A stretch of 61,421 nt of DNA, filler included, from Choristocarpus tenellus KU-1152 (lineage: Eukaryota > Protista > Phaeophyceae): the NCBI GenBank assembly GCA_964200185.2. It is 10 parts of 10 records of this genome, joined end to end, with 100 filler letters (N's around TTAATTAATTAA, not from the genome) between each part and the next. Parts side by side here need not be neighbours in the genome. Positions count along the whole stretch, not along the records: positions 18,783 to 26,817 come from CAXNAD020005243.1; positions 26,918 to 29,837 come from CAXNAD020023649.1; positions 29,938 to 41,778 come from CAXNAD020002106.1; 7 more parts are not named here. One strand, given 5' to 3'. Of this stretch, positions 24,814-38,096 are shown piece by piece. Position 1 is the stretch's first letter. Each line of letters begins with the position of its first letter. The position numbers were made by a program, and so were the translations under genes. Under the pieces are notes generated by a model that ran no database searches, was not told the origin of the DNA, and worked only from the letters and a program-made list of their open reading frames with translations.

Positions 24814-26745
24814 GATTGTCCGCAATTGGGGAGAAGTGTCGCTCAGTCGCCTGCGGCTCTTTCTTCAAAAGGACGTGTGCTTCAGCTTTCTGCACAGGCT
24901 GGCACCCCTAGCTCGAGGAATTTTTCGGTGGAGTGGGACAATTTGGCGTAGGGGTCCCAAATGGGGTAGAGCGTGCGCTTCTAGACATTCGCCTAAGGAA
25001 TGAGTGTGGAGAATGGGTCATCAGTCTAGACGGAAGAAATGCTATCAACAGCGTCCGTCCCTCAGCCTTCATCAAGGCTCTCCCAGAGACTCTATACAAC
25101 TCCTGCCATATGTCTCCAAGGTATATGGGGACACCCGAAATCTTCTTTTTCCCCTGGATGAGGGAGGGATGAACATCCTGCCATCAAGATCAGGGGCACA
25201 ACAGGGGGACCCCCTTGGCCCCCTCTAATATTGCATGGCAACACATAAGGCACTACAGCAGGTCCAATCTTCTTCGATTTCCTCCCGAAGCTATCAGGAC
25301 AAAAAGTCAATTTCTGCAAGAGAGATCGACCCTGACACCATAGTTTCTTTCGAGCAGTTAAACCTGACCTCTCCATAAGGTAGGTATTGACTTGAATATG
25401 GATAAGACCTTTTCCGCACCTCCCCAGGGCCACCAACCCACGCCCTCAGAACTGGACTTTCTTTCTACAGCAGGAATCAACCTTAGCCCAGGACCCCGAT
25501 GGTTTTATCACATTGGGGGCTCTGATCGGAACAGAAAGCTTTATCCAAGCCCATATGGCTAAGGTGATCGAGAGCTCTGGGACACGAACTTTGGCCACAC
25601 ACCTAAGCGAGATGGAGGGCGAACAGGTGTCCTTGCTCCTCAACTCCTGATCCCTCTCTTCCCGCCTAGGCTTACCTTGTGAGGGTCACTCCCCCCCACC
25701 TGGCACGCTCCATCATGGAGCAAGCAGACAACACCTCGTTATGGACACCAGAGAAGATAATAATGGAGGTAGCAGACTCGACAGAGGCGACGGATTTTTT
25801 TGAGGGGGGGTGTAACAATGGGTCTCTCCGCCTAGAGACCCACAAACAAGTACAGGCACAGATGCCCACAAGTGCGGGGGGCTAGGGCCTCTCCTCTATG
25901 AAACACCGCCAACAAGCGACTTTCATAGGATCACTGGTGGTCACTCTCCCCACCCTCCTAGCAAGGCAGCAAGGGACTCATGTCGAGTCCTTCGCACAAG
26001 CTGTTTGCGTGAGCCCCACAGTACAGGCTTTGGGATCGTCTATCCACACCCTCCCTTCTACAGGTATCCCCTCAGAAGACCTTGTAGAAATCATTGGCCA
26101 AGACTGGGTTACCTGGGGGGGAACAACATCCCCCGCACCTGCCTCGGAGGTCCACATCCTGGCAGCTCATGACGCCAGGATCACAAGGAGGGCTCAACAT
26201 GAGATCACACGCCTTCTGAACAGGATCCGTTTTGACTCCTTTCGGACAAAACTAGCCGACTTACTAAGTTAAGTGCAACAGTGGAAGGAAAGTTCCTCAT
26301 TAGCCCCAGCACGCCACCGGAGCCAGTGTGGACAAGGGACAAATGCATGGGCCTCAACACAACCCCTGAAGCCGGCATGCCAGATCCCCCTACAGAATTC
26401 AAGCTCACCATCAGCAGATCCCTAGGGAGGGAAGAGGCCCTGTCCAACAGGTGCCCAGTGACTGGGTGCAGGAGGCAAATTGTCGACACCAGACATGCCC
26501 GTACCTGCCCCATGGCAGGAGGCCAGGTGCGACCGCACACTCCTATGGTAAAGTGGCTCAGTCAACTATGCAAGGGGATGGGCATCCCTTGCACTACGGA
26601 GGATGGTAGCACCTTCACAGTGGACAGGAAATTCCGTATGGATCCAGTGTTCCATGCTGGGGCCCTTGCAGGCGCAGGATCAGCCCCCTACTGTGACAAA
26701 ATCCTTCTCCTCGATGTTTTGTACGTGGAAGTACAGGTAACCTTC
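24814..26745 (+). mobile_element. Decayed non-LTR retrotransposon with RT and C-terminal restriction-like endonuclease (CRE-like clade)
   Basis: Motifs lie across frameshifts and stops: AIGEKCRSVACG, GQFGVGVPNGVE, LDGRNAINSV, SGAQQGDPLGPL, VGIDLNMDKT, YLVRVTPP, PTSAGG, zinc knuckle CPVTGC...HARTC, RPH, RMD...LLLDV. Confidence 0.88.
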
Positions 26746-26817
26746 TGTTGAACTATCCCACACTGGACCCGCGGCTTTTAGATGATGCTTTAATGAAGGA
26801 CAAAGAACAGCTTGGTA
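26746..26817 (+). mobile_element. Terminus of a repeat beginning TGTTG (LTR end or TIR), interrupting the retrotransposon
   Basis: tgttgaactatcccacactggacccgcggctttta is shared in reverse complement with 41879-41929. Confidence 0.6.
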
Positions 26818-26976
26818 NNNNNNNNNNNNNNNNNNNNNNNNNNNNNNNNNNNNNNNNNNNNTTAATTAATTAANNNNNNNNNNNNNNNNNNNNNNNNNNN
26901 NNNNNNNNNNNNNNNNNAAAAAAAAAAAGATAAAAGCACACCCCCCCCCGGCCCCCCCGGTGTTCCGTGATGGGAT

Positions 26977-27007
<31 letters not shown>

Positions 27008-27417
27008 GTTACCAGTCTCTCTCTCTCTGCCGGCGACATCCTCACCACGCTCGAAATAAAGCTCCAAGGTATTGATTGAACCCCCAATCAAAACCAAAAA
27101 AAGTGGGGGTCTTGGTCTCTCACCGACGCCACAGTTCTTGCCGCTTTGCCATTCATTTCCTTAACCTCTTTTTCAGATTTTAGTACGGCAAACTCTGTTA
27201 CACCGGCGTCCTTGCTAGTTATATAGCAGAACCTCCCGAGGAAATCCGACTTTTGTCCATGACACCTAATCAACTACTACCTCCACTCTCTTCAACCTCG
27301 TAGGAGATAATGAGATAGATAAATGGATGTAATCTATTATCACGTACATTACCAACGGAACAATTATTACTCAAATAATTATCATCACTAACGGAACGCC
27401 ATCGACACGACCTTTAA

Positions 27418-27453
<36 letters not shown>

Positions 27454-27852
27454 ACCCACCACCCACAACCCCAACCAAANNNNNNNNNNACAGAAAAAAA
27501 TAAAACAAAAAAAAAATGAAACCCCACCCAACCCCCACCAAACCCCCCTTACTGCCCCCCCCCCCCCCCCCCGATAACTACATCATCAACACCATTGCAA
27601 CCGACAAAAAACCCCAAACAGAATCAAATCACCGTACCCGACACCTACAAACAAAAACCAGCATTTTTGTCTACATGTCACACAGAACAATACCCCCTCT
27701 CCCCCCCCCCCCCCCCCCCCCTCCCCAGTACAAAACAAACAAAGACACACATTATCCGTAAGAGACCTCAACTGCGTTGTGCGCTTCAACGATCATAAAA
27801 TAAATAAATAAATAAATCATAAATAAATTCATCTGGCATCTCTACACTCTCC

Positions 27853-27895
<43 letters not shown>

Positions 27896-28837
27896 ATGTT
27901 CTGGTCGCCCAAGAGTCCTCCCAAGTTTCGCAAGTCCACTGATCTGGGAGGATTGTTCGATGCATCCTTTTCAGCCGCTTCCCACGCAGTCATGTTCACG
28001 TTGTCCTGTGCTTGCCTCACCCCAGGCAGGGACGCCAAATCCGATAGCTTAGCCCCATACGTGGCATTCGAAGCCTTGAGGTTAGGGGGAGAGGATGCAT
28101 TTATGTATGTATGTATGTATATGTACGTGTATGGGAATATGTATACGATGGCGTTTGTGTATTTTCAGAAGTAGAAAAACTAACAGACAGGTAGGTATGG
28201 TAGGAGAAGGTGATACACCCTCCACCATCTCATCCCCTCCTCGACGCCAGTTTAAGCCAGTATTTCGTTCTTTGGTCCATTTCACGCAGTCAGTCCACAA
28301 GAACCCCCCAAACACAACAAACACTATTATGGTCATCACTATCGACAGTCCAACTACGACTCTAATTTACAATCCTGCACCAGGACCAATAACAACACCT
28401 GTGTATGCCTGCGCCAACGGGTCGTCGGGGCGACGCAGTGGTTACAAAGGACAAGAGGAGGGGAGGGGAGGGGAGGGGAATCCACCCAATGACAATGTAA
28501 AAGGCTTTATTCTTAAGGCAGGCAGGCGCTAGACTGTAACAGTAGTGCTCAGGTTCCCTCCCTCCAAAGATTCTAACAGGCGTATACCACACAGCATGGA
28601 CTATCCTTATGTCTAGTGTAGGCACTGCTTACCTCCTATCGATGCCCATCCAGCGGTTTCACATGCAAATCAACAATGCGTGCACAGGGTAGTATACGCT
28701 GCCCCGAAAATATGGATCTTACAGGCAATACACTAAACAGAGTAGGAGCATGGATGAACAACTAACAACCGAGATGGCACCTCAATCGCCTTCGTAAAAT
28801 AAAAAAAACAAAACGAGACGGCAGACCAGCTTACAGA

Positions 28838-29187
28838 CGTACCTTCTTCCGTCACAGACATGTCTCATCAACAACCAGCACTACATGTGTACCTTCTTCT
28901 GTCACAGACATTTCTTATCAACAATCACCACTACACACGTACCTTCTTCCGTCACAGACACATCTCATCAACAACCAGCACTACACGTGTACCTTCTTCC
29001 GTCACAGACACTTCTCATCAACAACCAGCACTACACGCGTACCTTCTTCTGTCACAGAACTTCTCATCATCAACCACCACTACACACATACCTTCTTCTA
29101 TCACGGACACCTTTCATCAACAATCACCACTATACATGTACCTTCTTCTATCACAAACACTTCTCATCAACAACCACCATCACTACA
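28838..29187. repeat. 50-bp minisatellite, about 7 copies
   Basis: accttcttc recurs at 28841, 28891, 28941, 28991, 29041, 29090 and 29140. Confidence 0.9.
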
Positions 29188-29937
29188 CAAGCAAGTACCC
29201 TAAGCCATCACAAAACACCTTCCGTCACCAACTAACTACTACACCCTGTACCCTTCCGCCGACACCTCCATAACACTCACACCATCAACCACACACACAC
29301 AAAAGAAAAATCACTCACACGCAGAACAAATACCAAACCCCTTGCCTGACCCCTAAGTGAAGAGTCACTTCTCTCACCTGCACCATGGCCAGCGCAGCAT
29401 CCCTTGCCCTCTTGGCCCTCTCCATTTCCTCAAGCCTTTCGATCGACTCCCTGCCAACAAAAAACAAAAAACAAAACCATCGCCAACAAAAAATGTAAGC
29501 ACACAAAGGGCAGACCAACGGGCTATTAGTGGCTGCGCCCGCCTAAGAATCAACCCAAAATAAAAAACAACCCAGGCTCCATCATTATCTGAGGGGGGGG
29601 GATTACACACACACACATACACCTATCTCCAATCCCCCAACAAATATATATATATATTTTTTGGTCAGCATACACACAGAGCAATATACGCATGTAAAAA
29701 AAGCAAAAAATGGTGAGCACACGCACAGAGCAATATACGCACGTAAAAAAAAAGCTTTTTTTAATTATTATTATCATTTTATTATAATAATATATATATA
29801 TTGGGGGGGGGGGGGGGGGGGGGGGGGGGCTGCGTCTNNNNNNNNNNNNNNNNNNNNNNNNNNNNNNNNNNNNNNNNNNNNTTAATTAATTAANNNNNNN
29901 NNNNNNNNNNNNNNNNNNNNNNNNNNNNNNNNNNNNN

Positions 29938-30131
29938 GGGTCCGGGGGGTGGAGGGGGCGGGGGCGGGCAGGGGGGGAGGGGTCTACACCAGGGTGTCCA
30001 TTCGAGTCCTGACCAGGAGAAGTGAACTTAGATTATCCATCCAATGCATGCAACCAAATCACCCAAAAATCACAACATGTAAAATGGGCCCTGAATGGAC
30101 AGCCGCCACCTCCCCTCCGATACTTTGAGCC
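29938..30131 (+). mobile_element. MITE family B copy at contig start
   Basis: ggtctacaccagggtgtccatt...attatccatcc...accaaatcacccaaa...atggacagccgcc...gatactttgagcc. Confidence 0.8.
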
Positions 30132-31937
30132 TTTACTCGTTTCTCCGAGTTGTAAAGCTATGGTTACCAAGATACAAGCATCTGGTTCTTAGACATTTCC
30201 GTACCATAGCCTCCAGCACACAGTGCCAGCCATACCATTGCATTTGCTATCATGATTGTTGTCTCCCATATAATTTGTCAGTGGGTAGGTTTTCATTTTT
30301 TCTGTGACAGAAGGGGTGGCTGGGATTATGTTGCTTACCTTTTGTGCCTTCTCATATTGGCTTGCCAAGGCAGTTGTGATTATTTTATTTTCTCCCTACA
30401 TATAGCAGCCGATAGATATTTCACACATACACACCCACCTACATACCGGTCAATGCCATTGTTCACTCCCATGTATGTACTCGTGCCTACAGGTACAAGC
30501 ACAATCCGTCCTCTCGTTTTTTTCAAATTTCCCACCACTCCTTGACCCTGAAAATGTGTCAATTTTTTCACATCTTCAACCTCCAAAACTCAATCTCAAA
30601 ATTGTTCATTATATAATAGAAGGGAGAGAGGTCTTAGTTTGCAGCAAGTGAAGGGGGCAGACACGCAGGCGGCCCTTGTGCTGACCAAGGGAAGCAAGTG
30701 TCTCCAAAAGCTCTTGGTTCATGGGCTTATGACAATGTAAGCAACCGAAGCTGGAGGGACTTTCTTTCTAGCACCCCCCTCCCTTCTCCATGAATTGTTT
30801 CTTGCCTTGAATACTGAATAGGTGATTGGAGACGGGCTGTTGTTTTTGAATTATCCTCTTGTGGGTATATTGACATCGGTGATAAACCTTAGCTTCATGA
30901 TCAACTTGACTGTGCTGTATTTGCGAAGCCATCAGCTGTTTGCTCACGACAGGGATCTCATTCTTTTTTTAAATATGTCACCAAGCGTCTTGTCAATACT
31001 ACTGCATGTTGCACACCTCCTAATCCACATTTACAAGTGCATGTGATTGTATTTGCATGAATGACAATAACACACTTGAATTTGATTCAACCCCATGTAG
31101 CAAACTCCAGCAGCAACAAATGCAATGAGATTTATATTTCTTTGACTTTTCATTGTTTGTGTTTGTGTTTTGTTTATGTTACACTTGAAATTCCAATGAG
31201 ATCCGTAAGTTGACTACTAACTAGGCCAAGAGTCCATCTATCACAAACCTTGATCAATACCTCCTGTGTCATTTTTTAAATATATATGTATGTATGCGGT
31301 AGCCTGGGATCCTTGTTGGTCCAGAGGGTTTCTGCTAATAGAAGTTGCAGTTGTTGAGTCAACGTATCCGAGAAGGGAGCGCTGATGAGTTTTTCAAAGG
31401 CCCCTCCAACTTTCTGGGGGCGCATGTTTTGAGCACTCAGTCCACAGGTGTAGAATTCATTTGGGAGTCATTTTTGCGTGAACTCAGTTTGCAAGGTAAG
31501 GTATCCCTATCAACGCCATGTTTTTTACACTCTTCATCTTCTTTTTACGAATTTGAAAAATCCCTAGAACTCAGATTGACCGAAGCACACACCCCTCTCA
31601 GTTATTCCCAAGTTTCCTTTTCATCCAAAGAATATATCTAAGTGGCACTGTGTATGTTTGTACGCATATTCTTTTTGTGTTGCACAATGTCTACACCTCT
31701 CTGGTTGAATGAAGATTTTCAAAAAAACATCAGTCACAGGCATGACAGTACCTTTCTCATGCCACTGTAGTTTCTTATATTTTGCACATGAAGGATGGCT
31801 GGAGTACAAAATGAAAGATTTTTTATTTCAATAGCACCATGGACTGTGCAAAAGGACAGTCTGCTCTCACTTGCCCAACTGTCCAATACCTGACTTAACA
31901 CCGCTCATACGACGAACCAACCCCCTGTGCTACACAG

Positions 31938-34900
31938 GGACAAGACTTTGGCTGGTAGATGGGCGCTTCGGCTTGGACTGGATGACACTGATTTCCAGCA
32001 CGTGATGGACTTGGCAGAGACTGAGGAAGCCAAAGGTGTAACTATGTAATGGGTAGCTAGAAGAGGGCAAATGGGTCGTATTGATTTGTGGGGATGGAAC
32101 CTGGTATGTCTGGAATTGGGAGGCTACTGTGATTGTGGTTTTGTGTACAATGGTTGGGCCAATGTCAAAGAATGTGTAGAATCCCAAGTCTTGATGGCAA
32201 AATATGTAGATTAATTCAATCTCAGTTATGTTGTAGCAAGTAGAAAGTTAGAGTGAAAAACGCTACCCAAGCGAGGGCGGTAATAAACCTTTAACTGATC
32301 CCTGATCACTAACAACTCATCACTCAATCTGTGTTACTTGCTATAACATTTCTTTTCTAGTATTCTTGTTGTACTGTGATAACCTGGATAATATTCTCAT
32401 AGTCGCCTAACAAAGACATTACTATCAAATATTCCGTTATCCAACAATAGTTCAACAGCTCATTGTTTCTCCTACAGAATCATCTTTTACACATGAATAA
32501 AAAGCATATTCTTGACAGCCAACCTCCTGGCTAAATTTGTGCAGCGCTGTGGTGTGGAGGGTGTTGGCATGAGTTGCTCATGATCTACACCAATATGCGA
32601 ATTTGTACCATAAAAGATACTTTGGTACTATTTAGATGTTGGGTATAATAGTTTTGTTCTTGATTGTTGCACTGGTTGGGAGGCACAACCATTGGTAGCA
32701 AGGTGTGTGGAGAGGGGGGGGCTGGAGGAAGAAGTCAAATTTTGTGTCTGCACCAATATGTTCCCTTTCACTCAGTACTTAGAACTGTACACAGACACCC
32801 TCATACAGGTCCGTTTAATTGAGAGAGGGAGGTTAAGGTTGAGGATGTTTCTGAGGGATAACCTACTGTGTTGATGATTTATCTCTTCTATATATACATT
32901 ACATTTTGGTACAAGTAGTGATTATGTACTCGCATGTGCCCATACTAGAGTGGATGTTGCAAGTGTAATCGACTCCTTCTGTTTATTGACAATCCATGAA
33001 GGTCGGATCTTGTATGTATGTTGTGCATGTGGTCAAGGTAAGATTCATGGGGGTGATAGATACTTCTACTTTCGGCATAGAGCTATCTTGTAGCCAAAAC
33101 CTCTTCATTTGCCTTGAAGGTTCCTTCCTCACTCCTATTTGCTTGAACACTACACAACATCCACTATCCACTGCTCCACCTTATCCCCTCCCACAAACTA
33201 CTGACACCACTTCTGCCCCCCTGGCAGGTCCTATCCATGTTGACATTGACCTCTATGTGTGCACACACTACCATTGCTCAAATTCCTGCTAGTCCCTATC
33301 TCTATTATTTTTATCCCAACCCAATACACTGTACATGGCCATCTTTTCTTTGTGGTAGTTGCTGGTAATACGGGGTCAACAGCCAAGTCAGGGGCTGTAG
33401 GAGGGGTTGGCAAGACCCGGACATGTGTGGTTGAGGGGAGGGCATTTAACGGGGTGGATGGAGAGAGGAAGAGAAACCATTTGGATTGTGAAGTACTTGT
33501 TCTGCCACTGAGTCATGACCGAGTGGTCGATGTCACTGACTTGCGGTAAGAAGCAGGGATATGCTGTAGCATATTAGAGTGGTTGCACTTGTCGGGACCA
33601 TATTGCAGGAACAACCTGTCTGTATGCAAGTGCTGCACATGGGCATATTAATATATACTAAAGTACATATGTGTGTGTGTGTAAACATGAGATAGCTGAA
33701 CAGTGACCCTGTCCTAGAACACTCAAATGTTGGTATGGTACTCAGCTTGCATTTTCTTTACTGTGATGTGCAAGTATCGATTTTTCTAGGTAGAGTTTTA
33801 GACGATAAAATGTGGTGATCGATTTCACTCTTGTGTTTGAGGTTTGGTGACTACTGCAAACTGTGTGATTTTAGCTCAAGCATATTTATTGCATATTTTT
33901 TTTATCAATCTGAGGCCTGGGAGGTTACATTGCTGCTTCTCACATTGACATAAGTAACATTTCACCATGATCGGATAAATCATTGGGTTTAGATGTTATG
34001 TTCAGTTACAGGTGCCACAGGTACCTTTGACACTCTCCCAGCTAAAATGTAGCATAGCTATATCTGCAGCAGTTTGTTAACTGCTGTAGAGTATCTTATG
34101 CAGAGAACATTTGCTTAGTTTTGCAACAGTGCTCATTTTCGAGATGTGACTGTACAGAGTTGACTCCATGTTTACAACAACAGATGAAGAGGTCAAACTT
34201 CTACAGTGGTCAAGGCCTACTACCTTTATGTGTAGGTGTCACTGGACCAAAAAAGGTGACTTGTGACAGGGTGCAGAAGGCAGCGGGAAAACCTAGAAGC
34301 AAGGGGGATAGAAAGTAAGAATGTGTAGTGCTGAATATCAAAGATAGAAGATGTAATCTAAAATGAAAAGTAGTTTGCAAGATAGCTCACCCCAAAAAGA
34401 GAGTCAGGATGTATTGGGTATCGACCTTTGCTAGGAATATGGCATTACTTCCCATTATTGTAGTCAGAAATACTGGGTTATCACTGCGCACTTTTTATAC
34501 TATTTGATCACCTCACATCCTCCTCTGCAGTCCTCCCTTGCTCAATTTTCTCAATCGATTCTTGTCCATCTGTGCAGGGGATTGTCACTGGCAAGATCAA
34601 TCCTTCTAGGAAGTCCTGAAGGACCAGTCCCAGTGGTTGGCTTGGACATGGAGTGGCGACCATATGCAAAACATAACTCCAAGATGCGATCATCACGTTC
34701 CCAAAAGACCAAGGTATCCCTGTTGCAGGTAAGTGAAGGGATCAAATTAAATTATGGGTGCAGATGGAGACAGGGGATCATGTAATGTGAACTTCGTTTA
34801 ATCTACAATTGGACTTATCTTTGAAAATGTCATTTTTTAAAGCAATATAATGTCGGTATGACATATTGGTATATATTGGCAACATTGGGTGAAGTACTAA

Positions 34901-37900
34901 CGAAGTGTACTCTGGTACGAGGTGTTTGACACATCCCTATTCCTCTCTTATTGTGGACATAACTGAGTATAATTGATGCAAGATGTGCTAGTAGATGCAA
35001 GCAGTTAACACTGGGGAGGCATTGTTAGGATGTGACGCATTGAGCATGATCAACGAACAGAAGGCTAGCGGATGGAATGGATAAGCAATGTATCTCTACA
35101 TACACTCACAATGTAGTTGGGGGTACGAAACATTAGGGAGGAAGAGACTTCCAGTTTCGAGCAAACACGTCACATCTCAGACATCCAACTATTTCCCATA
35201 TATTTTCATTTTGTTTAATATTGATAAGGTACATATCTCTGCAGCAAACAAACCTTTTTGCATAATGAACGTCACATGACGGGTAATTTAATTTCTTGGC
35301 TAGTTGACTGGGGGTCGTTTGGTGTTCTTCTACGGTTGAGGATTAGAGACTATTTCCAAGGAGACACCCTATCCGCGCAGAGAACTTTTAGGTATCACGC
35401 ATGCTCAGACTACAGCTCAGCAGACGAGTGGGCACTATTGAGAACTTACCAAGGATGAAACACCACACGATTCCACACTCTTGGAACCACATACCACTGG
35501 TATGTCCAAACAAATGCTAATTCTAGGGTCAGTGGACTACAGGATATTTTGCTATGGGTCTACCATGCTAAGAAGCATATAGCCGATTGCTCTTTCATGG
35601 ACATGTTTTTTGGGGGTGTTTTATGCTTCTCTGTAGTGGACACAGCACAACATACTGTTTTTGATTTGGTCCTCTGTTATAGCTCTGTCTTTATATTTGT
35701 GGTCAATCTGCTTCGGAGATAGCACTATGTTGCTCACAATTCCATACACTGTGTAGTGTAATATGCACGTAAGATCGCCTTTAAGTAGTGCAATATTGTC
35801 CAAGGCGCCACTGCTATGTTCTTCCAAGATGTGTTCACAGAGAGATGGTTTGTTGTGGGTTGTACACATGTGCTTTCTGCGTGTGTATGCATGTATTTGT
35901 TAGCTCCCTATAGAACACAAGACCATTGAGTGAAAGTATATTAGAGGGTAGAGCCGTGTCCGTTTGGGGACCAAAACCTAATGTTGCAATTTTGATGTAA
36001 TTTTATATTCGTGTTTGTTAGGAAGTGTCAGTGTCCTTGTTCCGGACATACACACGATACGTACTCCAAAATGTATAAATTTTTCTACTCCGAAACATTT
36101 TGATGTAGGAAAATGTCATGAAAAAATCGTGGGAAGCCAAGCCCCAAACGGACAGAGCAAAATTTGTACCCTCTAAGATACTTTCACTCCATTGGTACAT
36201 GTTGGTAAATATAGTGTTTCTCTCACTCCCTATCAGGCTTTCGATGTGCAAATATTCATAGCAATAGTGATACTGGAAGAAGACTTTATTCAAGTAAGAG
36301 TAAGACCTGGAGGATACACAGTAGTAACATGTTGCTAAAATATGCATCACCGGGAAACAATCAGGCACAGAATACAGTAATGTAGTTCTGTCACTCTGCT
36401 TCTTGACCTTAGGTCGGTGGTTCACCTATTTCCTGATGGAGAAAATGTTGATGAACATACCAACATTGACATTGGGACACATATCAGCTGTGTTTTTAAT
36501 TTGTATGTTTCATCTAGAAGTAAAGCAGTTGCATCCCCATATACTGCGGATAAGACCCTGGACAAAATTTGAACTCACTACAGTCAAGGGCAAAGCCAAC
36601 AACATTTATGCTTATTGCTGTACTCTTGGCAAGCAGCGCAAGGCTAAGTATTAACCCCCAATAACAGCAATGCATGCCATACAGCTGGTATGAGCAATGT
36701 TACACTATGGTCTGTATTTTCTTCCCTTTCAGACCATCCTCTTCCTGCCCTACCAATACCGTTATGTTTGTTTGCATCCCAGCCCCTTTACCTTATTTGG
36801 GTCTCCTCCTCCGCTGATAAAACAACTCACCACCTCCAGAGATTCACACACCTACACACCTATGCATCTCATCCATGCTCCTTGTTCTGATGCTGTCATG
36901 TTTTCCTTGGCTTTTTGCCCAATCTAGATCCACTCCTCCCCTAACCTTCACTTTCCCCTTCCATCGTTTGTGGCTATGCTTTCACACTCTTGCAACATAG
37001 GTGGCATGTCTCACCCACGTGTTTCTGTTTGACCTCATGACTCTAGAAGAAGGGTGGGACTCGAGCAGTGATACCCTCTCTCTTCATATCCCACTGAGAG
37101 GAGAAGCTGTTGAGAATGAGGTGGGGAGGAGAAAACATGCGATAGTTGCTGATACTGAGAGGACAGTAGATCTGGAGAATAACAGGTTGTTCTCAGAGGC
37201 AGCAGAAGCAGTAGCATTAGGGACACTTGAGGGAAAGATGATGTTTGTGATCCAAAGTAAACAAGAGGTACCATGTTTTTAGCTTTTTTGCATTTGAAGC
37301 CTCTTTTTCATCTGCTGCTATTCACACTTATTTCCATGGATGAAGTAGTAATATTTACTTGAGAGCGTTGATCTCTCTATTGTTGGAAATTTTCGACAGA
37401 AATAAGAAACACCCTCTACGAGCATTTGTTCAAAAGTCCCGAATTTTGCACATACTGGTCAGCATCCTTGAAATGCAACCCCCTCTCGTTTACTTTGACT
37501 CGACACAGGGATCTAGAGGAGGATTGGTTACAGAGAACGCAGTGGAGGAGGTTCCTGTATCTCTAGAAGGGGGTGCACAATCCTCCACTGCTGGAATGGA
37601 TTCGTCGACCAGAGAAGCAACCTCTGCTGCTGTACGTGAGTTGGTACGTGATCTGCTGGGGTCCCCCCAAGTGATAAAGGTTGCCTATGGCTTTGAAGGG
37701 GATCTGAGGAGGCTTGAGGAGTCATATCCTTCAACTGGAGAAGCCAGGGTGTACACTCACTCTGCAATTTCTGGTAAGGTAATTGACCTGGCTGAGGTTA
37801 ACAATTTCTCCGAGGTAGGGATGTTTTCAGAAATATTAGAGGCAAGAAGTGGTACCCAGACCACACTGGAGGAGAGTACAAGGGCACGAACTGGTAGAGC

Positions 37901-38096
37901 GGGGAGGCTGCAAAAGCGAGGACAAACCAGGGGGCTGGCGAGTGTAGTACAAGAGACACTGGGGGTGCACCTAGACAAGGCTATGCAGACGAGTAACTGG
38001 GAGCAGCGACCCTTATCCAAAGAGCAGCGGTTGTATGCTGCATTGGATGCTTACTGTCTTCTTCTCATTGTTGGCACTCATCATGTCTGCATCTAA
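31938..38096 (+). CDS. EXD3: EXD3/MUT-7-like DEDDy 3'-5' exonuclease, 3' part of gene
   Basis: Exons about 31938-32034 (tentative, LAGRWALRLGL), 33359-33545, 34578-34728, 37001-37267 and 37509-38096 are phase-consistent. Motifs: ExoI VVGLDMEWRP, KVSLLQVA...VFLFDL, ExoII KVAYGFEGDL, GLASVVQETLGVHLDK, ExoIII SNWEQRPLSKEQRLYAALDAYCL. Confidence 0.82.
35928..36189 (+). mobile_element. MITE family A full copy (262 bp) in an exonuclease-gene intron
   Basis: TIRs gagtgaaagtatattagagggta / taccctctaagatactttcactc, flanked by a perfect 4-bp CATT duplication. Confidence 0.9.

Noticed and set aside
26918-27800. Poly-Pro/poly-Gly ORFs (also 45716-46064, 55025-55547, 61159-61410)
   Set aside because: They are translations of long C/G homopolymers beside gaps and contig ends. 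These are low-quality sequence or possible sequencing artefacts, not formin/extensin genes.
28860-29273. His/Thr-rich repeat protein ORFs
   Set aside because: They are by-products of a 50-bp minisatellite whose period is not a multiple of three.
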